A stretch of 64,000 nt of DNA from Camelus ferus. Taxonomy: Eukaryota. The position numbers and the translations under genes are program-made. The DNA lies in the NCBI RefSeq assembly GCF_009834535.1, contig NC_045697.1:97838001-97902000 (forward strand), given 5' to 3'. Numbering within the stretch: position 1 is the stretch's first letter; every line of letters starts with the position of its first letter. Positions 1-12,029 of the stretch are shown piece by piece. Under the pieces are notes generated by a model. It had not been told where the DNA came from. It worked only from the letters and a program-made list of their open reading frames with translations, and did not search any database.

Positions 1-447
1 CAAGTAGGTCACTGTTCCAGCTCTGGAACAGTGGCTCTGAGTTTTGTACAGAGAAGAGGCAGAAACACAAACAAAGCACACAGAAGGTCCCTCCAAAGGA
101 AACGTCACACGGTCCGTTTGGCAAAGCAGGCTGTGCACCGCTGGCCCTGGTACAGAGCCTGGTCTGTCCTGAGCCTCACTCAAAGCTGGCCACTTACTGG
201 GTCGCTCAGTAAATGGGTCAGAGTAACACTCACAAAGGAGTCATGTGTTGTTTTCAGAACCCAAAAACGCCTGCTTAGATACTGTTCCTTTTTCTGGGTG
301 GTTGGATGAGTCAGATGCTATAACCTGCCCTTCACCTTGAAAGGGCTATCTCAGCATGCCCCTCTATAGCTGGATGCCTAGAAATTTCTCCAAGCTAGCA
401 GACGATTTTGGCGCATTTTATTTCTCACCATCATTCACGTACCTTAC

Positions 448-568
448 CAATATGCTTAGAGTGGTTGCTATTTCCCGCACACCAGCCCAACCAGAAGTAT
501 GTAATTGCTGTAATGGACAAGGCTATTGTCCTGTGGAACAGAACTGCTGGGGATATCTGTGGCACAGA
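448..568 (-). other. Candidate internal exon (121 nt) of a minus-strand spliced transcript
   Basis: Minus strand reads ttcatatgttacag|TCTGTGCC...GCATATTG|gtaagg. One frame is open (SVPQISPAVLFHRTIALSITAITYFWLGWCAGNSNHSKHI) but the peptide is not recognised. Confidence 0.35.
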
Positions 569-899
569 CTGTAACATATGAAGTTCATATATCCCTGAAG
601 TAGGACAGTGGAAGTGTATCATCAGCCCTGCCAGTTGAAAATATACTACTTCTTGCGTTTTTTGTGCAGGTGAATAGCTATATACCAGGTAGCTATATAC
701 TGTATCTTATGATAAGCATGTCTACTTTGACAATTAATTGCCTTCACTAGGATAGATATGTAGATAAGGCTATAAATACAGATGAATATTAAGCCATGTC
801 CCACAATGACAAATGGAAACCCACATCGGTTCTATATGCTTGTGTGACCTTGGTGATATGGGTGTCCTACAGAGGCTAGGACCCTTCTTCATGGTGCCG

Positions 900-1167
900 A
901 GCACACACACTTGGCCCAGGAGTCAGAGAAGCTGACACAGGATCGAGCAGAAGGTGGAGTATTAGCAGCCCCACTACTGCCTCCCACCCACGAGATGCCC
1001 CAGCAGGTCAGTGACATGTGCAAGATACGGCTACTGCTTCACCTCCCGCCTCCTCATCTCCCACAAGAATCTCTCCTAATCTCATCCTAACCAGAAACAT
1101 ACAGGAAAAGCAATTTTAGGAAGTTAGTTCATCCTGGCCAAGGTGACACCTTACAAAGCCACCATCA
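900..1167 (-). mobile_element. LTR41-like ERVL LTR fragment
   Basis: cctaaccagaaacatacaggaaaagcaattttaggaagttagttcatcctggccaaggtgacaccttacaaagccacca is the reverse complement of the recalled LTR41 5' end. Left boundary approximate. Confidence 0.7.
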
Positions 1168-3724
1168 TATCATTAACACTCCACTCCGCAGGAGGTGACA
1201 TTCAGAGCAAAACGAGTCTTCTCACGCCAATTCCGGGAGAGACAACAAAAATGAGATGAGCTGGCTTCATTACAAAGGGAGTGGGAGGGATAAAATTGGA
1301 ACTTCCAGAAGGGAGACGTAAAAAAGGAACAAGACTCAAAAGATCCCTCTAGCATTAATTCAAAGTAGTCTCCACATTGAGTAAACATGACCTGATGGGA
1401 AGAGAAAAAGTCTGCACTCTGGATACATTTCAAATATATTTCTAATCAGCTAGAGTAAGACCAGGTTCTTTCAGATGATGAGCTGAATCTATATGCCTTG
1501 TCCAGCCTTGAGGGTTTTTATTAGCAAATTTATAATTAGGATACAAAATGCGCTTCTCTTCTATAAAGTGTCCCTGCAGACATACCCTCTGAGGAATTCC
1601 TTAGGCCAGAGCACTACTTGGTGCAAAACCCTCGACACAACTCAGGTAATTTCTGACCTCTACTAGCAATTTTGCTGGGACCAGGATTTATGCCATAGCG
1701 AGGAAACTAAGTTAAAGCAGTTGGTCTACAAAATTATTAGCACCAGGCTAAAACTGCCCTGATCATTACAGGACTCGGAACACAAAGAGAGTCACCAGCA
1801 GGTGAAAGGGTGTGTGGAGCTCCCCAAACAGCAGTTCTGAGCATGGTGCGCTGAGCCATTTTCGCTATCTCCTCACCAACTCTGAAGACAGCGCCCGTGT
1901 GATCGGTATGGGAGGGAAAGGAGTTAAGGAGCAAATTTTATTATCTACAAAGTCGCAGAAGCAAAAGTAATTTAGGCATGTTACTTAGAAAACGTAAAGT
2001 TCAGGGTCCAAAAGTTTTATAAGTCTGGCTCAAAGACTAGAAATATTGAAATATTAACATTCTAAAAGAGATATAAAGCAACAAATGAGAAAAGATACAG
2101 TATATTTTGTAAACTCATTTCAATGCACCCTAAAATGTGACAATGGAAATGACACATTTCAGTCACGTATAGTTAAATTCCCTCATGCCCAGATGTAGAA
2201 AGAACAATGACAATTTGGTGGGATACCTTTAAGGCCACTTCAAGAATGCGTTAGGGGGCTCATGAGAATCTTTCATTCTGAGTTTAACAGGCAGATAAAA
2301 AAACAGGTACAACCAAATGTATAGCCAACCATTCCAACTATTCAACCACATCCACTTGGTCAATGGCTACCCAACAGACTTCACACTCATCAAAGGGATT
2401 TCCAAAGCCACTTCTTTTGGGGTCAATATCCTCCTCCAGACTCATCAAAGTGATTTAAAAGCATATTTAAGTCAAGTTGTCCTTCCCTCTCATCACACTG
2501 GAGCACCTTGTTAAACAGCGAGTAGCAGTAAAAGAGCATTTAACAATCTGTTTCACATACACCTCTTTTCCAGCCAAATTGCACCTTGTATCAAGTTAAA
2601 ACAGAACCTCTTTGGATTCTCAACAAACACAAAGTGAGTATTTTATGATTTGTGCCGTAGTTACAGTGTGTTGTCTTTTCTTCATTAGCATATATATGGA
2701 TGCCTTTCTTTCATAGCACGTTAGTATTGTTGCAGTAATTCAACAAAAGTATCCTCAACATTTACACTGTGGAGCATTTTTATGATTTATACCAACAGAA
2801 CAGCACACACAGCACTGTACATCTGCTTTCAAAGTCATCACTTTATTTCACATTCTCATATCCCTTTTAAGAATGAGAAAGATTGTAGTTTTGGAGCAAT
2901 GCCTTTCCTTTTCATCATTTCTGTCTCTCTATGCATTTCATTCTTTTACATACTTTGTTCCCATAATGATGCTCCAGTCAATACTATTGAATGGTGGCGA
3001 TTTTTTGCTGAAATCTCTCATGACAGAGTAACAAATTAGCCTCTTTATCCACTCCACTGGATTTTTATCATTAAAAAAAAAAGCAACACTTTCCCCTGTT
3101 TGGTCACTATCTAGACTGGCACTTAGCCTCTTCAAAATGACTCAAATAGTCAAAAGCACAAAATGTCTTTCAAGTAAGACATTCTATGAAACCTTAAGGT
3201 GCAGTCTGAGTGCTGAGCAAACATACCTGCAGGGGAGGCCAGTGGCTGAGGTCCAGCCTGGGCTGCTAGCTAGTGGAGTGAGCGTCACCTTTTACTGTTT
3301 TCCAAAGGATTCCTAGAGAATCTTGCACAGATACCTACAAGAGAAAGGGAAAGGCTAGTAAGTACTGTGTTAATATCAAGGTATTATGAGAAACTGAGAA
3401 TGCCAGCCCTACATTAATAGGACATCCTTTCCCTCAGCTAAAAACTTCAGAGAGGACAAACATTAGGAACCACACAAGGAAAGGGAGAGTGACATCAGAG
3501 CTGGGACACCCCGAGAACAGCAGTGTGGTTCAGATCAGTGTCCCCGTCAGAGTCACATGGACAGTAGGTAAGGACAGGAACACAAATGCCCAACACCATT
3601 TTCGGAAAGATTATTTTAAAGGCTACAAAAGGGAATCAATAAAACCTTCAGGATTCCACCGATGAAGCAATGATGTAGTTGGCGGTGGTGAAAATAATCA
3701 TTGATGATACTTAGAAAAATTTTC

Positions 3725-3876
3725 CAGTTTGTCAAGGGGTACTCTCAATAGTTTATATAAATTATCTCATTTGATACTCAAACCACCTCTTTGAGGTAGG
3801 AACAATTAGTATCCTCTTTTTAAGATGAAGAAATTGAGAGGCAGGGGCTAAGTTATTTACCTGTGGTTTACATAGC
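3725..3876 (-). mobile_element. MIR SINE fragment
   Basis: attatctcatttgatactcaaaccacctctttgaggtagg...taagatgaagaaattgagaggc matches the reverse-complemented MIR core. Confidence 0.7.
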
Positions 3877-4743
3877 AAAATACAAAAACAAAAACAAAAA
3901 CAGTACACCGAGCTTTGAAAAAACAGCCTGTTCTAGCTGCAGTCTGTGCTTCCACCTCTACAGAATCCCTGGCAGGGAAAGGGGAGGCTTGGGTTACTAC
4001 TCCTAGGGCCTCCCCTGTCAGTGTCCAGTCTTTTTGATATCATTGTTACTGTTACTTAGATAGATCACCTCAAGAAGTATTTCCCCGGTCTTCTATGCGC
4101 CCTGAGGAAACACAGGTGGGTGACAGAAAGTATAACTTAATCATGGGGGTCAACAAAAGTCCTGCCTGTTCTCTCATTTTATCATTCATTCACTCATTCA
4201 TTGAACAAGGTACCCACTCTCTACCCAATTCACCCTAGTTGTGCCCCAAATGGTAACCATGTAACCCACAAGCACTTGGAGGCCCAAATGCCCACTCCTT
4301 CCCCAGGAGAAGCCATGTTCTCATCGGCTTGTAAGAGCACTTGCTTTTGATACATGCTTCTCAGTTGCTAACTCAGTCAGTTAGGAAAAGCTCAGAGTCC
4401 AGAATTCCTCTGCTTCTACAATACTGCTATAATTCTCTGTGCTCCTAGTGAAAATACTTCAATATAAAAATAAAAGGCACAATGCTATTGGAACTAGTAT
4501 GTTGATAATCAGTATTTAAGAAAGTGTTTTCTTCTATAACATTGCTCGACAACCAAGTCATAGAAACACAAACTCAAAAAGGTTTAGATTTTTCATCATA
4601 TATTTCAAATGCTATAGGAATAAATACCAGGGTTTAAAGAGGAAAAAGTGCAATTCCCTAAGTGAACTGACAATTCTACAAGTGTTAAGTGACATTCAGA
4701 CTTGTTTATACATAAAACACATTCACAAAAAGATAAGAATTAC

Positions 4744-4785
4744 CCTTTTCATCAGTACCTACGTTTTCCAACACAGTTCCACCCC
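4744..4785 (-). other. Candidate small exon (42 nt)
   Basis: ttccaatcagtacattttag|GGGGTGGAAC...GAAAAGG|gtaatt; an alternative internal donor AAAAC|gtaggt is also present. Confidence 0.25.
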
Positions 4786-5018
4786 CTAAAATGTACTGAT
4801 TGGAAACCGAAATGAGTATAGTTATAAACATGCTAATTTTTATGCTGTTTTACCAGCAGGTAACTTAGTTGATCTGCAATGGAAATATACCTACAATTTA
4901 CCTCCTCATTTTTCTTCACACCACCTAATTTTGAAGATGCAGAATAAATTAAAGGTCACTCAGTGACTCATAGCTAAAATCCTCAAGGTTAATCCTGAAC
5001 ACCTACTATCTGATAGAT

Positions 5019-5369
5019 TCAACCAGTCATGCTCTGGGCTCCATTATCGTTAAAATGTACTTGAATCCGTTTAAGTGTTTTAAAATGCAGCGAGTATAAC
5101 CCTTCCTGCAAGTGTTTCACTGCTTTTTCCCCAAAGTTAAGCTCTCCGGGGAGCTGACACCGAGTAGCTGTTCCACACTTCACAAAGGGAGTACCAGCTG
5201 CCAGACTTGAAATTGCTGCTGGGATTACAACCAATTCCCAAAACACCCTGCAGCAGAAACAAACAGCTAGCTAGGCTGGTATGTTAAAATAGCAAGATGA
5301 GATTGAAGAGACTGAAACCTTTACTTCGCAGAATCCTTTGAGGCAACTGTCGGGTAACATGGATAAGAC
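5019..5369 (-). other. Candidate exon pair: 45-nt exon (5325-5369), 77-nt intron (5248-5324), and an exon starting at 5247 (3' end unclear)
   Basis: ccccttaatttcag|GTCTTATCC...TGCGAA|gtaaag...ttttaac (branch-like)...ctgtttgtttctgctgcag|GGTGTTTTGG. Reading frame and product unresolved. Confidence 0.35.
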
Positions 5370-5579
5370 CTGAAATTAAGGGGATGTATCTCTAAGAGTG
5401 ACTGGAGAGAAAGGTAAGGACTTGCAAACAGGACCCAGAAAATGAGATGGCTGATCACTTTAGAAGATTTTGTTAACAAATTTAATAAGGCATTCTTTAT
5501 TATAACATGTATCACATATTGCTATATGGTTTAGTTATTTTTGCAATGTTTATATTCAAAATAGGCTCTAACATGCATA

Positions 5580-6263
5580 TGAGACCGGATGGAAGGGGGC
5601 AGGAGAGATGATGCAGGAAAACGGATGTGGGGCATGAGGAGGGCTGTGTCCCAGGTCTCGGTTGAGCCCCTGGGACGTGCCCCGCCAAATGTGGGTCCTT
5701 GGCTTCGCACAGGAAAGAATTCAAGCGCGAGCCACTGTTGAGTAAAGGCAGATTTATTTAGAGGGATGCTGCATTGAGTGTAAGGCAAGAGAAAGGCAAG
5801 GAAAGAAGTGTGGGAATCAGGTGCTCAGGTTAAAGTAAAAGAAGGTACACACTCTATAGACAGAGTGCGGGCCATCTCCCAAGGGGAGGGAGTGAAAAAG
5901 AGGCCACTAGGCGTGGTGTTGCCAGTTTTTATGGTCTCAGTAGCTTCACACGCCTCCAAGTGGCACCATTCCAACTGCCCAGGGGAAGGGGCTGAGGTTA
6001 CCAGGAATTGGGCCACCGCCCATTCTTTGGCCTTTTGCAGTTAGCCTTGGAACTGTCACGGCGCCTGCAGGTATGTTATTTATCACGCTGTTACAATGAG
6101 CATATAATGAAGTTCAAGATCTACTAGAAGCCAAACCTCTCAATCCTCAAGATCAACTAGGAAATGAATCTTCCACCATTCTGGTGAATCTTTCACCACT
6201 GTGGTGTTAAACTGCTGTCATTCCTTGAGTGGCTGTGCCCTGCCCTCTTCCATCCTGGCCATC
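5580..6263 (-). mobile_element. ERV1-class solo LTR (minus strand, about 5609-6261) with an extra inverted 24-bp copy of its 5' end at 5580-5603
   Basis: Reverse-complement homologue of the LTR at 7328-7970. CATAAAAA box at 5926-5933 and AATAAA at 5753-5758, both on the minus strand. aggaaagaattcaagcgcgagcc motif typical of MER4/MER41-group ERV1 LTRs. CATA flanks both sides (5576-5579 and 6264-6267). Confidence 0.85.
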
Positions 6264-7327
6264 CATAGCGGTGGTCACTCCCATCTGTCTGTTCATTTTT
6301 GTGTGCTTGTAGATCCCAAGGAGGCTATGCATTTGATACTTAAGTTGATAAAAATTTAAGACATCATCTTGAACACAGCAAGGCTAGAGTTTAAGTGATG
6401 TGCTAAATCAGAAAGTGGCCAGATGGTTATTCTTAAAATTACAAACTCATATAGTTCTGTCTTTCTCTGGGGACTAATCATTGGATGTTATTATTGATGA
6501 GCCCTTGAAAGGAATTTTTGCCCATCCTTGGCCCTTCAGGTAAGCATTCAGCATTACTTCAGCATTTAGGACTATTTCAAACAAAAATGAATTTGTCCTT
6601 CCTTTACAGAACTCCAGGGGAGGATCAGGCACAGTCCTCTTCAATAAATCATGCTGTTAATAATATTACCCTGTACTAAATTTGTATGAATGAATTTATT
6701 GAATAATTTGCAATATGTCAATGGGAGAATTTAATCTTCAATGTATGCAAAAGGCAGCAGACTTTGAAGTTACTATCAAAAGCTAAAAGTCTTCTGGGTA
6801 TGTTAAAAATTCAGTTAAAACTTTAAAAAGTTAAAGCCTAGGAAAACTTCAAGGCTCCCTCTATAGATTGTTTGAGGGTTGTTATTACAATCCTTGAAAA
6901 TTCAGGTATAGTGTAGAAAAATTAAACTCTGGTTAAGGTCTATTAATTATAATGCAATACCTCAGCCAAACAACAGCTTGGACTTAAATCAATACTCAAT
7001 TAAATACTTCCTGCAGTTCTAGCCATTAATTGCTCTGCAGCTTAGAAAATAACATTCTAACTGCTTGTAGAAAGGTAATCAAAATTGGTGTGTGAAACTT
7101 AACTTCGGCTCCTTTGTGATTATCTTTCCTCAACAAGGAAGATTAATTTCTTCAGTGACTTATAGTCCATACCTTTCAAATCCACTCAAAACTACTGAAA
7201 ATTAAAAACAGTAGCAAGCCATAAATTGTTTTTCAATTTGTCTTATAAAACGAATACCACAAAACAGCATTCTTAATCTTCACAATGAAAAGTATTATCA
7301 TTTCTACATTAGATCTTTAGTAGCCTA

Positions 7328-7970
7328 TGAGACAAGAGGGAAGGGGGCAGGGCACAGCCATTCAAGGAAAGGACACAGCAGTTAACACCAAAAAGGCGGA
7401 AGATTCAACCCCCAGTGAGCCTTGAGGCTCAAAATGGTGGGAGATTCAACTTCTAGTAGACCTTGAGCTTCATTATAAACTCACTGTAACATATTAGCAT
7501 GATAAATAACATGCCCACAGGTGCCATGACAGTTTCAAGGCTAGCCACAAAAGGTGAGAGTGGGCAGTGGCACAATTCCTGGGAATCCCAGCCCCTTTAC
7601 CAGGGTGGTTGAAATGGTCCTCCCACTTGTTAGCATATGAAGCTACCAAGCCCATAAAAACTGGCAACACTGCGCCTGGCAGCCACCTCTCTCGCTCCAT
7701 CTTCAGAGATGGCCTGCACTCTGTCTACTTTACTTTAACCTGAGCACCCAACCCCCACACCTCGTGGCCCTTCTCTGGCTTTCTGAAACAGCCCACACTC
7801 TATGCAGTATGTATTTCTCTAAATTATTCTATCTTTACTCAACTGTGGCTCGCTCTTGAATTCTTTCCTGCACAAAGCCAAGGACCCACACTTGGGGGGT
7901 ATGTCCCAGGGGTTCAAATGAGACCCAGACAGGGCCCTCCTCACGCCCCACATCTGTTTTTCCTGTATCA
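7328..7970 (+). mobile_element. ERV1-class solo LTR, same family as 5609-6261
   Basis: TGAGAC...TGTATCA termini (TG..CA), 643 bp, probable 4-bp TSD ccta/ctta, CATAAAAA at 7653-7660; colinear with the inverted copy about 1 kb upstream. Confidence 0.88.
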
Positions 7971-9269
7971 CTTAAACACTATCAGATGGAAAATGCTGGA
8001 GGGGTAACATCTGCTAGCTGCTGCTGGCATGGGAACATTAAATGTTTAAATAGGAATCGCTATCTCGCTCTGCAATGAGGAATCACCTTTCAGTTCAACT
8101 CTAAGCACAAACCAAGTCATCCTGACAAAGGTGATTTACTATGACCCTCTCGCTGATGCATCACCCAGAACGTGATTGTATAGCAGGACAAGGCAGAAAC
8201 AGAGGAGGGAGATGTGGGATTAAGGGTGTTTGCTTTAGACAGAGCTGCAGAACCTAGAAACACGTAGAAATCGTCACCAAGGCTAAAGAATAACATAACC
8301 GAGAAAAACAATGCAAATATAAACCCCATGCAGGCAGGGAATATCAAGTGTTTTCAAATTCAATGACTAAGAAGTCAGGAAGCAAGACTTTAAAATGAAG
8401 TAGTATCTCAGCCCTACACAGCCTGGGGCAAGGGAGGGAGGAGAGCTGTGCAGGAGGACAATGCAGACAGAAAGAGAAGCACCTGGAAGAGGAGCCCTTT
8501 CCTTTCCCGCACGTGTTCCTGTTTCAGTGTGCTGTATGGTGCTATTTTTACTTATAGCAAGTTTGATACTTATGCATTCTGATTCAGATGGGCAGAAAAA
8601 TAACTTTACTTATTTCTCCCTGCTGCGTTCAACCTGCTCTCTGAGCTTCCTTTTAAAAATGTAATACAGACTTCCAGTTCCCTGTTCCATGCAAGAGAAG
8701 TTTGCAAGTTGCCATTCTGTCCTAACAAGAAGTGAAAAGCTGAACCAAGTGAAAAACCAACAACTCTTCTTAGACCCCTAAGTGAAGTGAGGTCACAGGA
8801 CAAACTGCTGCTACCAAATTCACTGACAGGCGAATACAAAGAATCACAACTTACCGGCGCAGAAGCCCAGGAGCAGAAACCTCTGTGGGAACCAGTGCCG
8901 GGGTATGAAAACCTGAACTGTAACTGACGAATTGCTCGTCCGTGTGGACAAGTCTGAGCGATGAAAACTCCAGGAGGACCCAGCCAATGCGAGGACCCCA
9001 CACTTTTGTGAGTTTGACCTTCTGGAGGTCTACCAGGGTCTGACAGCAGGGGGAAATCCTCGCCTGCCTTTAGCAGCGGACGAAGAGGAGGCCATTTTGA
9101 AGTACACCAGAGCGTTCTGATTTTCTTAACAAGGAGAAGCTATTTAACCTGAGCCTCACCTGCTGGGCTTCATCAGTGTCTAACTGACCTGGGGGAAGGG
9201 CAGTTCCCAGTTCCAGCCCACTCTTGCCTCCCTGTCCCGCCTGATGGGTTGAAGATAGGGAGATGGGGG

Positions 9270-9909
9270 TGTTAGGCTGTTACATAGAAAGGAGCACCCG
9301 GACAGGGGAGAGGAAGGGGGAGGGAGCAACCCAGAAAATAAAAGTACACACGTGCTTAGGACAAGGGGCTCCAAAAACTTACTTTCTCTAAATGAGGGCC
9401 AACAAAGCCGACTGGGATGGAACACTGCGGCTGCGCAAGAGAGACGGACCGGCTTAAGCCGGCCCAGTGCTCAATAATTAACATTGCAGTTTGAGCCCCT
9501 CCCGTCGGTTTTTCCATGTGCATCATGGGTAAGAACATGCGCAAAAGAGATAGGCGTGCCTGAGCACAAGGCACATGAGCTGTCAATCAGCCTGAGCACA
9601 AGCAATCTGAGCTGTCAATTAGGCTGAGCACGCAAAAAACCTGAGCCTAGATGGAAATCAACCAATCAATCACGAAAAGGCCCGCCCCCTAAGCCAGGAT
9701 ATAAAAACAGGAAAAACAAAGGAGTGGCGCCATTTGTCCTCTCTTGGATTGGCCTGCTTCCAATTTTTGGGAGTGTACTATATTTTATTACTTTTTTTAT
9801 TTTACTAATAAAATCTTGTTATATCATGCTTTCTGTCTCTTATTAAAAATTCATTTTTTTCGGGTGACTAAGAACTGAGGTAACTCTTATTCCCCTCCTC
9901 CCAGTAACA
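9270..9909 (+). mobile_element. Young ERV solo LTR (640 bp) nested in the L1 5' UTR
   Basis: TGTTA...TAACA inverted termini, flanks gggg/gggt, CCAAT 9662-9666, GC box 9682-9687, TATAAAA 9700-9706, AATAAA 9807-9812; many CpGs retained. Confidence 0.85.
9558..9646 (+). repeat. 32-bp tandem repeat (two full units plus a partial third) in the LTR U3 region
   Basis: gcctgagcacaaggcacatgagctgtcaatca / gcctgagcacaagcaatctgagctgtcaatta / ggctgagcacgcaaaaaacctgagc. Confidence 0.9.
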
Positions 9910-12029
9910 GGGTGTGTAATTGAAAAGCACACGTGAAACTCACAATCAAGAAACAGAGGCTCACTGAAAGGACGAGACCTAATCAAGGGCTATAGCATGC
10001 CTCCCTTCCCCCAGAACTCCCCCCACATTACTAACAGCCTATTGACAATATAGTTCCTTTTGCTCAGCATACTACATCTGGTTACAAAAACAAAACAAAA
10101 CAAAACATACTACAAGGTGAAATCACACTTTGAAGAGACACAGCAAGCATTAGAAACAGATATGGCAGGGATATTGAAATTATCAGACCAGGAACTTAAA
10201 ATAATTATTATTAAGATTTTAAGCATTTGAAAGGATAAAGTAGACAGCATGTAAGATAGATGGGCAATATAAGCAGAGATGGAAATCCTAAGACCCAAAA
10301 AGAAATGCTAGAGAATAAAAACACTGTAACAGAAATGAAGACTGCCTTAATGGGTTTATTAGCAGATTGGACACAGGTGAGGAAAGAATGCCTGCAATTG
10401 AGCATATCTTACTAGAAACTTCCAAAACTGAAAAGCAAATAGAAAAAGACTGAAATAAAGACAAACAGAAAGGAACATACACAAACTACAGGACAACTCC
10501 CAAAGGTGTAACAAACATGTAGTGGAAACAGGAAGAAGAAAAGAGAAATTAACAGAAAAAATACTGGAAAATTAATGATTGATAATTTCCCCCAAATTAA
10601 TATTAGACACCAAAGTACAGATCCACAAAGCTCAGAGAATGCTAAGCAGGATAAATACCCCTAAAATGTACAGCTAAGGATATAATTTTCAAACTACATA
10701 AAATCAAAGATAAAGAAAAATTCTAAAATACACCATGAGAACAAACACCTTACTGACAGAGGAACAAAGATAAGAATTCCATCTGACTTCTCAGAAACCA
10801 GCAAGCAAGAAGAGAGAGGAAAGCAATATTTAAAGTGCTGAGAGAAAAAAACCACCAACCCAGTGACCTGTATCCTGCAAAATCATCCTTCCAAAGTAAG
10901 GGACAAATAAAGACTCTTAGAAAAACCCTCAGGTTTTTGGACTCTCACTGAGACTGGTGTATTATTGTGAGTTTATCAATTTTAACAAATGTTCCAGTGT
11001 GATGGAGGTTGTGGACACTGGTGGTAGCTATGCATGTGTAGGGCAAGAGCTGTATGGAAAATATTTGTACCTTCCATTCAATTTTGCTGTGAACCTAAAA
11101 CTGCTCTATAAACTAAAGTCTCTTTTTCTAGTAAATATAATCCAGGTAATTCAGTCTTCTGCAAGTAATTTAGTCACATCTGGTTGAAACAACGTTCCCT
11201 TTGGTTCTCTTCAGTATGTACTTGATAGCAATGTTAATGATGTGCTCTCCTCTTGTGTACTTGCCTCTTAACCTGCTCCTCTGGAGGAAAGCTTTGAAAA
11301 GCAAGAAGTCACTGACAGGTCATCACAACAGAGGGAGTGGTGATCAGAGCCCCTAGCATGGCCTTGATGTCTATGCTCTTATTTTGCTCCTTATGTCAAC
11401 CCCAGGCCTCCAAAGATCTACTAACCTTCTTACAATCGGACGTTCTCTCTTTGGGCATGAAGCAATTTTGTGATTTTCTCCATACCAGGCCTTTCAGAAA
11501 TCTGCAATGCAGCAAGGATGTAATCCAAGCCCTGTTTCTGCATGAATGTGCAAAACTGCCACAGAAAAATCCTACGGTCATCCCATTTGGGGAGCATTGT
11601 AAAGCCTTGCCTCCCAGATGGAAACAGAGAACACACTCCCTCTCCCTGAAATTTACCTAAGATATGGGAGCAGGCTTCCCTTTGAAGCCTCAGTGTGCTC
11701 TTCTCTCTCTTGCTTCAATGATTTCTCCTAGCCAAGGACTTTTATCTAATCACTGTTCAGCAGGAAATTGCCCCAAATCATTCCTCCTGTTCCATAGTTT
11801 GTAGTAAAAACTTCATGTTCAATCTTCCAAGCTTTTGTTCCTGATGTGATGTTTAAAGAGAAGATTCGATAATTTAGAAAACTGTTCTCAAGTGTCCTTT
11901 ACAACTGAAAGCCTAGTTTTAGTCACTTAATGTATGAAATGGACTTCAAGAGCCTGTTTTATAGTGGAAAGAGTTGACCTTGATTACTTTGTCCTCGGAA
12001 TTCCAGCTATAACCATCTTAATGCAGTAA

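Larger units (their letters stand above)
8670..11132 (+). mobile_element. Old L1: L1MDa-like 5' UTR, degenerate ORF1, L1MC-like 3' end; ORF2 missing; interrupted by an LTR at 9270-9909
   Basis: 5' UTR motifs such as aaaagctgaaccaagtgaaaaaccaacaactcttcttaga; ORF1 remnant about 10110-10920 (aacactgtaacagaaatgaagactgcc); 3' end caattttgctgtgaacctaaaactgctct; 13-bp TSD aaatgtaatacag (8657-8669) / aaatataatccag (11133-11145). Confidence 0.85.

Noticed and set aside
5609..7970. Provirus with paired LTRs
   Set aside because: LTRs are inverted, have different flanking repeats, and the spacer shows no PBS or gag/pol sequence.
9558..9646. 32-bp repeats as a CRISPR-like array
   Set aside because: Head-to-tail units without unique spacers, inside a mammalian LTR, with no cas genes.
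10110..10920. Functional L1 ORF1
   Set aside because: Multiple stops and frameshifts; no long plus-strand ORF in the track.
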